Part shown: positions 58,725 through 64,000 of the stretch, piece by piece
Layout of the letters: every line of letters begins with the position of its first letter
How positions within the stretch are numbered: position 1 is the stretch's first letter
Assembly: GCA_035656295.1 (NCBI GenBank)
Contig: DASRSU010000025.1
Span: 150,132 to 214,131 of the forward strand
Direction: 5' to 3'
Source: Candidatus Bathyarchaeia archaeon
GTDB taxonomy: Archaea; Thermoproteota; Bathyarchaeia; 40CM-2-53-6
Length of the DNA: 64,000 nt
The notes under the pieces: model-generated
What the model was told of the DNA's origin: nothing
The model's input: the letters and a program-made list of their open reading frames with translations, nothing else
Database searches by the model: none
Program-made: the position numbers and the translations under genes

Positions 58725-59036
58725 CTAGGACTGGATTGACCTGACCTTGTCAACCATTGTCCGCGGTTTGTCCAGCCTCTGATCTACCCTCAGCATAGAA
58801 GAAATCCTCTTCGCTCCCATCGACCTGAGCGTCATATGTGCCACCTCTACAGCTCTCAAAATAGTGGACAATTCTTCCGCCTCTAGAACCGTGGCCATCG
58901 GAGTAGTTTGATACTTCAATCCAGGCAACCTGGACAACGCGTCGACGGCACCCTTAACGTATCGCCCCACGCTAGTACCAGAACCTATGGGGTGAATGCT
59001 GAATTCAGCGATGATAACGAGTTTCTTCTTGGGCAT
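58725..59036 (-). CDS. MTH1187/YkoF-family (UPF0045) protein
   Basis: KKLVIIAEFSIHPIGSGTSVGRYV matches the family start (VIAEISVIPLG). Confidence 0.6.
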   Translation of the reverse strand: MPKKKLVIIAEFSIHPIGSGTSVGRYVKGAVDALSRLPGLKYQTTPMATVLEAEELSTILRAVEVAHMTLRSMGAKRISSMLRVDQRLDKPRTMVDKVRSIQS

Positions 59037-59088
59037 GAACGACTGTTCGCTCAGTCTAACTGGGAAGTGGCTGGTTGGGAGCGACTGT

Positions 59089-59421
59089 TCAGCTGACTAG
59101 TCGATTGTCTCGAGTCGGCTTCTGTCGCAGTCCGTGCGACTGTTCGTATTTCTCAGTCTTGTCAATGTCAAGCTCCATTAGCTGCACAGTGGCCTTCTTG
59201 ATGATTCCAAAAATTTCGTCGAGCTCTTTCTGTTCGAAGTCTTTCAGAGACAAGTTTCCGATCCATTGCATCCATCCTTGCATGCTCTTCGCAAGTGTCG
59301 AACAACACAGGCCGATCCCATATACAATATCCAACCTGTCCCTCGGATCAAGATCGACTATGCGTTTCACTCTGTTTCGCGCCTCTTCCACCCACGATTT
59401 GGGTTCGTCAGACATTTCCAT
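59089..59421 (-). CDS. hypothetical protein
   Basis: 110 aa, helical and charged. Confidence 0.35.
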   Translation of the reverse strand: MEMSDEPKSWVEEARNRVKRIVDLDPRDRLDIVYGIGLCCSTLAKSMQGWMQWIGNLSLKDFEQKELDEIFGIIKKATVQLMELDIDKTEKYEQSHGLRQKPTRDNRLVS

Positions 59422-59645
59422 TCTTCTTGTCTTCCTTGGTTATGATTGAACCCCACTAGAGTCCGATGCCACATAATGCCCAGCAAAGGTTCTGGGGAGG
59501 TTCGCGTGGAAAGTTCACGCGAGTGAATATTAACATTATCCGATACAAATTCGTCGAACGTTCGGTAACAAGTTGGCCGATCGTATTTTCGAGAGCAAAT
59601 CCAGGGCAAGTATGAGACACTTGCGACCCTGACTGCGATACGAGA

Positions 59646-61202
59646 CTATCTGGGAGGTCCAGGGAGTCCCGCAATTGGGGAAGGACCGGTAGTGGTGGAA
59701 GTGGCGCTGACGAGATCGGTTGCACGTCTCCTCCTGAAGAGGAGCGCGAAGATTGTACCGGCCGCTGCGGCTACTGCAACTGCAATGAACAGCGAGGTAA
59801 CAAGACCAGAGTTGTCAGCGGGCAGGTAGAAGGCGGTGAAACTGGGATCGTTATTGATCCTGTGACCGCCCCAAGGTGCGTAGGAGATGACGTAGAGATA
59901 GTCGGAGGTTGTAAAGTCAACGATGCCCGCTTTTGCTTCTCTTGCGAGTCCGGGATCGACATGTATTACAAACAAGGGAAGGAGGCCCATGAAGAGGTTT
60001 TGGAACCTGAAAACCGGATTTCCAGCCCACCCCGGACGGTTAACAGTCCTAACGTTCACATTGCCGGTAACATAACTACTCTCAGTTGGGTCGGTTGTGT
60101 AATTGTAAAGCTTGTAGGTGGGCTTTGCCGAAAAATCGGTCTTGAAAATACGTTCTCCGTCATCTGCCCTTGTGTTTATCGTAGCACGCGTCACATCAAC
60201 TTGGGCGTCCCGGTCCACGCTTGTTCCAGAATCATTAGTGTTGCTCGTAGTGTGGCTTGCCAGGATTGCTTTCTGCGAGAGGACAATCGACAGTTTGAAC
60301 TGTTTCGAGTCTAGGAACTTGCTAACCGTCTGGGTATTACTCAGGGACCCATTCAAGTTGTATGTTCCTGTAGAGTTTAGATGTGTAGCAGGGTTGGCGG
60401 TGAGCAACCAGAGATCGGTAATTCTGCCGATGGTGTAGCTTGTGGTCAGACTCGCAGTCTTAGACGCGGGATCCAGGGTCAGGACGTAGTTGAAGGTTAA
60501 TTCGGAATATTGCGCTAGACCTCTAGGCTGGACTTGATCCCAGTACGGAAACAATGGGTGAACTCCAACTCTCCACCATATTGCATTCAAATTCGTGTAT
60601 TTCAGCCCCCAAGTCCAGTGGAGATTATCGGTTGTGGTTAGCGGAGTTATTTGCGTGCCCGCGACATATGACGGGGCCTTGTGCCCTGTTAGGGCGGTGA
60701 GGTTTACGCCAAGGCTGAACGATGCATAGACTTCGTCGCCAGCGTCTGGAGAGTTTGGATAGATGGAGGAACTGTTTTCCCTGAAGGCTACGAGTGATAT
60801 GAAGGAGGAGGCGGTTATCGCGTCCTTTCCTCCCTGGGTCCTAAAATGTTCAAAAAAGGTCTGGAGTGGAATTGTTACAAATTTCCCGTTGTCGGTTGCG
60901 TTTACTAGACCGGTATAGAACAGCTGGAATCCGCCCGTGTTGACATAGTTGGCGTAAATTTACGCGTGCTGGGTTGGATCAGGTGCGGGGAAATTGTTGG
61001 CCGCCGCATACTGTCTGACATAATCGTACCAGTCAACGGTTTTCAGGAAGCTCTGAGACTGAAAATCGCTGTTCTGAATGAGTGATGAGCTAGCGAGTCC
61101 ATTGCTGGGAACTGTTAGGAGAACTAGTATCAATCCGAGTCCGAGTAGGGAGATTACCCTTAGCCTGTGAAAGAGAGTAACCATCGCCAAGGTCACAAAC
61201 AA
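59646..61202 (-). pseudogene. cell-surface (signal peptide plus C-terminal TM) glycoprotein gene interrupted by a single in-frame TAA
   Basis: Track ORFs 60960-61202 (signal peptide MFVTLAMVTLFHRLRVISLLGLGLILVLL) and 59646-60590 are in the same frame (612 nt apart). Hand translation of 60591-60959 shows no further stop. TAA (plus-strand tta) at 60960-60962. N-x-S/T sequons and a C-terminal TM (LVTSLFIAVAVAAAAGTIFALLF). Confidence 0.5.
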
Positions 61203-61338
61203 TCGTTGCTTCCAACGCGTTGTCCAGATAGAATTCTCGTTACCTAATCCTTACACTCAGAGAAACAATTCGGGTTCTATGCGAGCGTTATCCTAGTTGT
61301 GTTAGGCTGGGGTCTAGCTAGTTATCCTCGGTTCCCTC

Positions 61339-61420
61339 GTCCCCGCCACCCCAATCATCGTCCTCTCCCCATTCGTCTTCCCCACCCCAGTCCTCGTCTT
61401 CACCCCATTCTTCGGAGAAG
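61339..61420. repeat. tandem 18 nt repeat (about 4 units of ccccaNtcNtcgtcNtcN) encoding W-G-(E/G)-(D/E)3 repeats on the minus strand
   Basis: Units at 61349-61366, 61367-61384, 61385-61402 and 61403-61420. The minus-strand ORF 61318-61515 ends ...EEWGEDEDWGGEDEWGEDDDWGGGDEGTEDN. Confidence 0.6.
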
Positions 61421-61504
61421 GCCAATGGGAGGTATGATTTTCTCATTGCAAAAGGTCGGTGGACGCCGCAAATGTCTAGGCTTAAAAGCCTTCCCGAGCA
61501 CGTA

Positions 61505-62515
61505 TTAGCGAACACGCTGTCCTACTACGCCCTGCTCTGATTTGTGATGTGCCACGATTGCCCAGCAGAGGTTTCTCGTATTATGGGCTATGCCATAGTT
61601 ACCGTTCCGGTTTAGAGTGATCATTCCCATTCCGGGACCAAAATAGCCGTAGGCGGATGTCACGATTGTCTTCGCGGCCGAAATTGGGCTGGTTCTTCCC
61701 ATCAGGATACAGGCGGCTTTCGAGACTATCAGTCTCATGGCTTGTTCTCCAATTCCCGTGGCCGCAGCAGCTGAATTTTCATCGGCATAAATTCCGGCTC
61801 CGAGTATGGCGCTGTCACCGATTCTGCCTGGTAGTTTCAGCAAGAGGCCACCGGTTGAGTTGGCCGCCGCCATGTGTCCTGCACCGTCAACGGCGAGTGC
61901 GCCAACAGTATCCGAGAGCCCAGATAGGATGGATCGTACTGTCGACTGATGGATTACAGAGAACCCAGTTCGCCTACCACTCTTCAACGACTTAAGTTCT
62001 TGACGCCATAATTTGACGCGAATCGGGACCTTGAGGTTCGCGGTTGCTGCATGGTGCGCGAGGCCTATCTTTCTCGCTGTCCCGCCGGCTAGGAGGACGT
62101 GGTCGGTATGTTCCATCACTAGCCTTGCCACCTTAACGGGGTTCTTCATTCCCTTGAGCATCGCAACGCCAGCGCCGCAAAGGATGCTTCCGTCCATGAT
62201 CGCGGCGTCGTCTTCAACCTCTCCTAGTAGATTTAGCGAGGACCCGGTTCCCGCATTGAAAATTGGATCGTCCTCCAAGGACGCGACTGCAGCTTCTACT
62301 GCGTCGATCGCTGGTCGACCGTTTCGCATAATCTTGAATCCGTGGTTTGCGGCTTTCATGACTCCAGCGATACCGCGCTTGTGCAGAGCCTTCGGCCAGT
62401 CTCCGGCCCCGCCATGTACGATGATCGCTGGTCGACTCAACGCATTAGCGAGTCGGTCGGGATGAACGGAATATAAGAAGCGACTTGGTTCTTTGCGATG
62501 TTTAGACCGTGACAA
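61505..62515 (-). CDS. isoaspartyl peptidase / L-asparaginase (plant-type, Ntn-hydrolase)
   Basis: IIVHGGAGDW N-terminal block and a GTGSS-type autocleavage region. 336 aa. Confidence 0.8.
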   Translation of the reverse strand: MSRSKHRKEPSRFLYSVHPDRLANALSRPAIIVHGGAGDWPKALHKRGIAGVMKAANHGFKIMRNGRPAIDAVEAAVASLEDDPIFNAGTGSSLNLLGEVEDDAAIMDGSILCGAGVAMLKGMKNPVKVARLVMEHTDHVLLAGGTARKIGLAHHAATANLKVPIRVKLWRQELKSLKSGRRTGFSVIHQSTVRSILSGLSDTVGALAVDGAGHMAAANSTGGLLLKLPGRIGDSAILGAGIYADENSAAAATGIGEQAMRLIVSKAACILMGRTSPISAAKTIVTSAYGYFGPGMGMITLNRNGNYGIAHNTRNLCWAIVAHHKSEQGVVGQRVR

Positions 62516-63126
62516 GAGTTGAACCTGTCAGCGACGGCATTCTTAGGGAAGCCATCCAACTCGTTCGTGACGGTGGTCTCGTTGCGTATCCTACGGACAC
62601 GGTTTACGGTCTCGGATGTGACCCGTTCAATCCTGGGGCGGTCGAGCGTCTCGCTGCGGTGAAGGAAAGATCAAAAATGTTGCTCCCGATTCTGATCGAT
62701 AATATGGACACTGCTCGGCGGTTGGGGATACTCAGCAGTACTGCAGAGCGCGTTGCCAATATGTTCTGGCCAGGCGTGGTCACGCTAGTTGTGCCGTCCA
62801 GGGTGATATTATCTATGATAACCGAAGAGTCTAACACGATCGGCTTGCGAGTCCCCGGACACGCATTTGCACGAAAACTTGTAGGCGAATGCGGGGGTGC
62901 GCTTGTCGGAACCAGCGCAAATATCTCAGGAAGACCTTCTTGCAAGACCGCGGAGGAAGTTCTTGAAAATTTGGACGGTCGCATCGATCTGATAATAGAT
63001 GGTGGACCAGCTCAAGACAAGGAATCCTCTGTCGTCAAGATCATCGAAGATGATGTTACGATCATTCGAGAAGGGCAAATTCCCAACGAGGCAATTCTAA
63101 GAGTGGTTCGGGACATTGTCGTTTAA
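62509..63126 (+). CDS. tsaC: L-threonylcarbamoyladenylate synthase (YrdC/Sua5 domain; GTG start)
   Basis: AYPTDTVYGLGCDPFNPGAV and GTSANISG YrdC motifs. 205 aa. Confidence 0.75.
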   Translation: MTRVEPVSDGILREAIQLVRDGGLVAYPTDTVYGLGCDPFNPGAVERLAAVKERSKMLLPILIDNMDTARRLGILSSTAERVANMFWPGVVTLVVPSRVILSMITEESNTIGLRVPGHAFARKLVGECGGALVGTSANISGRPSCKTAEEVLENLDGRIDLIIDGGPAQDKESSVVKIIEDDVTIIREGQIPNEAILRVVRDIVV

Positions 63127-63147
63127 CATTGGAGCGTTCTAGTTCTG

Positions 63148-63780
63148 ATGGAAGACTTCGACCTCCTCCTGTCCAGTGCCAGGGGGAATGAGTCAGAAGC
63201 GAATCATGAGGCAAGGTACCTTCTTGGAGAACTCGGCGATAGAGGTGCGAGCACGGATTTCACGATTGTCAGTGGCCTGACGGTTGCAAAGACTTCCTTA
63301 GAGCCTATCAGCGCAATTCCTAGACTACGGTCGATCCTGAGAAAGAGTCCGTGGAAGTTTAGGTATTTACTGAAAATCAAGCCCATCGCCTGCGTCGTGC
63401 CCTGCGATCTAGAGTCTATCGAAACTGCCGCGAAATCCATGATTAAAGACATTCGAGCGACCGAGACTTTCAGAGTCTCGCTGGAGAAGCGCAGATCCGA
63501 GATTTCTACTAAGGCGATTGTTGACGCTGTTGCGTCTCAGATAGGAAGAAAGGTAGAGCTGCAGAATCCCGACAAGGTAGTGTTGATAGAGATCGTTGGC
63601 AAGATTGCAGGTCTTTCGATGATTAGGCCGACTGAAATTCTTAGCGTTGAGAAGGAGAAGAGGACTCAGCTTTCGAGACTCAACAGCGCGGACCGTTCAA
63701 TGACGAGACGTTTCAGGACGTCGGTGTCGGATTCACCCGGAAATCGCGCAGCTTCAACTTCTCTGTCTTCGATCCTGTAG
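63148..63780 (+). CDS. THUMP-domain-like RNA-binding protein (putative)
   Basis: 210 aa. The central FRVSLEKRRS...KVVLIEIVG pattern resembles THUMP domains. Follows tsaC. The C-terminal extent is uncertain because it overlaps the antisense ORF 63666-63947. Confidence 0.4.
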   Translation: MEDFDLLLSSARGNESEANHEARYLLGELGDRGASTDFTIVSGLTVAKTSLEPISAIPRLRSILRKSPWKFRYLLKIKPIACVVPCDLESIETAAKSMIKDIRATETFRVSLEKRRSEISTKAIVDAVASQIGRKVELQNPDKVVLIEIVGKIAGLSMIRPTEILSVEKEKRTQLSRLNSADRSMTRRFRTSVSDSPGNRAASTSLSSIL

Positions 63781-64000
63781 TACGTTTTCAATGCCTCCAT
63801 CTTCTTCTCCGAGGTTATTTCGAGAAGACTCTCGTCACGCTCTCCGGGTATCGTAGAGGAGACGGCCCGAGCTAGACTCTCCAGAGAATCTTCGGAATTC
63901 GATAGTGCGACAAGGACTATTTCGCTGTCTCCTCGAGCGATGCCCATTCGTTGGATCGCAACGGAAATCTGTCGTTGACATGAAATATACAGTAAGAGTT

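Noticed and set aside
62509-62515. Divergent 7 nt overlap of the asparaginase and tsaC start codons as a special regulatory arrangement
   Set aside because: This is most likely a start-codon assignment artefact, because the ORF track uses the longest GTG/TTG-initiated ORFs. One or both genes probably start slightly downstream.
63666-63947. 93 aa minus-strand ORF at the window end overlapping the THUMP-like gene
   Set aside because: Acidic, low-information sequence. It may be the 3' end of a gene running off the window, but support is insufficient, so it is left unannotated.
1-64000. CRISPR array or cas genes
   Set aside because: No regularly spaced direct repeats of 25-40 nt were seen anywhere. 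No Cas-like proteins appear among the ORFs.

Overview
This 64 kb window looks like an archaeal chromosome carrying a roughly 11.8 kb integrated mobile element at a tRNA gene. By inference the host is a thaumarchaeon (Nitrososphaeria-like): an archaeal aIF2-beta gene is present, together with an acetyl-CoA/propionyl-CoA carboxylase cluster (pccB-accC-BCCP) next to a biotin ligase, and an acetoacetyl-CoA-synthetase-like ligase with a thiolase plus DUF35 partner. The window also holds a divergent FtsZ-family gene, orphan ParA genes, and a tRNA gene of about 120 nt that probably contains introns. Apparent GC is about 48-50%.

Host genes, in order:
- A nucleotide-sugar/glycan cluster: a partial divergent NDP-sugar dehydrogenase, DUF354, and a UDP-sugar dehydrogenase.
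- A CoA/pantothenate operon (PPS-like, panB, panE), a multi-zinc-ribbon protein and a first ParA.
- An NDP-sugar pyrophosphorylase and a phosphohexomutase.
- BirA and the carboxylase cluster, the acetoacetyl-CoA-synthetase-like ligase, an MBL-fold hydrolase, and a PurM-like protein.
- Thiolase plus DUF35, a TrmB regulator, ribulose-phosphate 3-epimerase and a class I fructose-1,6-bisphosphatase.
- After the mobile element: the tRNA, the FtsZ-like gene, a PHP phosphoesterase, MetRS, aIF2-beta, DUF424 and the two glycine dehydrogenase subunits (gcvPB, gcvPA).
- A GT4 GlcNAc-1-P transferase, an ATP-grasp protein, an N-glycosylated surface protein followed by a long coiled-coil protein, and a family-5 uracil-DNA glycosylase.
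- A second ParA, a divergent DUF72 pair, TrxB, a surface-protein gene interrupted by an in-frame stop, a plant-type asparaginase, TsaC and a THUMP-like protein.

The most notable accessory feature is the element at about 27774-39603. It is bounded by an exact 14 bp direct repeat that matches the 3' end of the tRNA gene, and by eye it is GC-richer than the host. It encodes:
- a large tyrosine integrase whose 3' end overlaps the attachment site;
- a P-loop (SF3/AAA+-like) replication ATPase;
- several tiny zinc-ribbon proteins and HTH, wHTH and RHH regulators;
- a secreted beta-rich protein;
- an internal non-coding gap of about 1 kb.

No CRISPR array or recognisable canonical defence system was seen.
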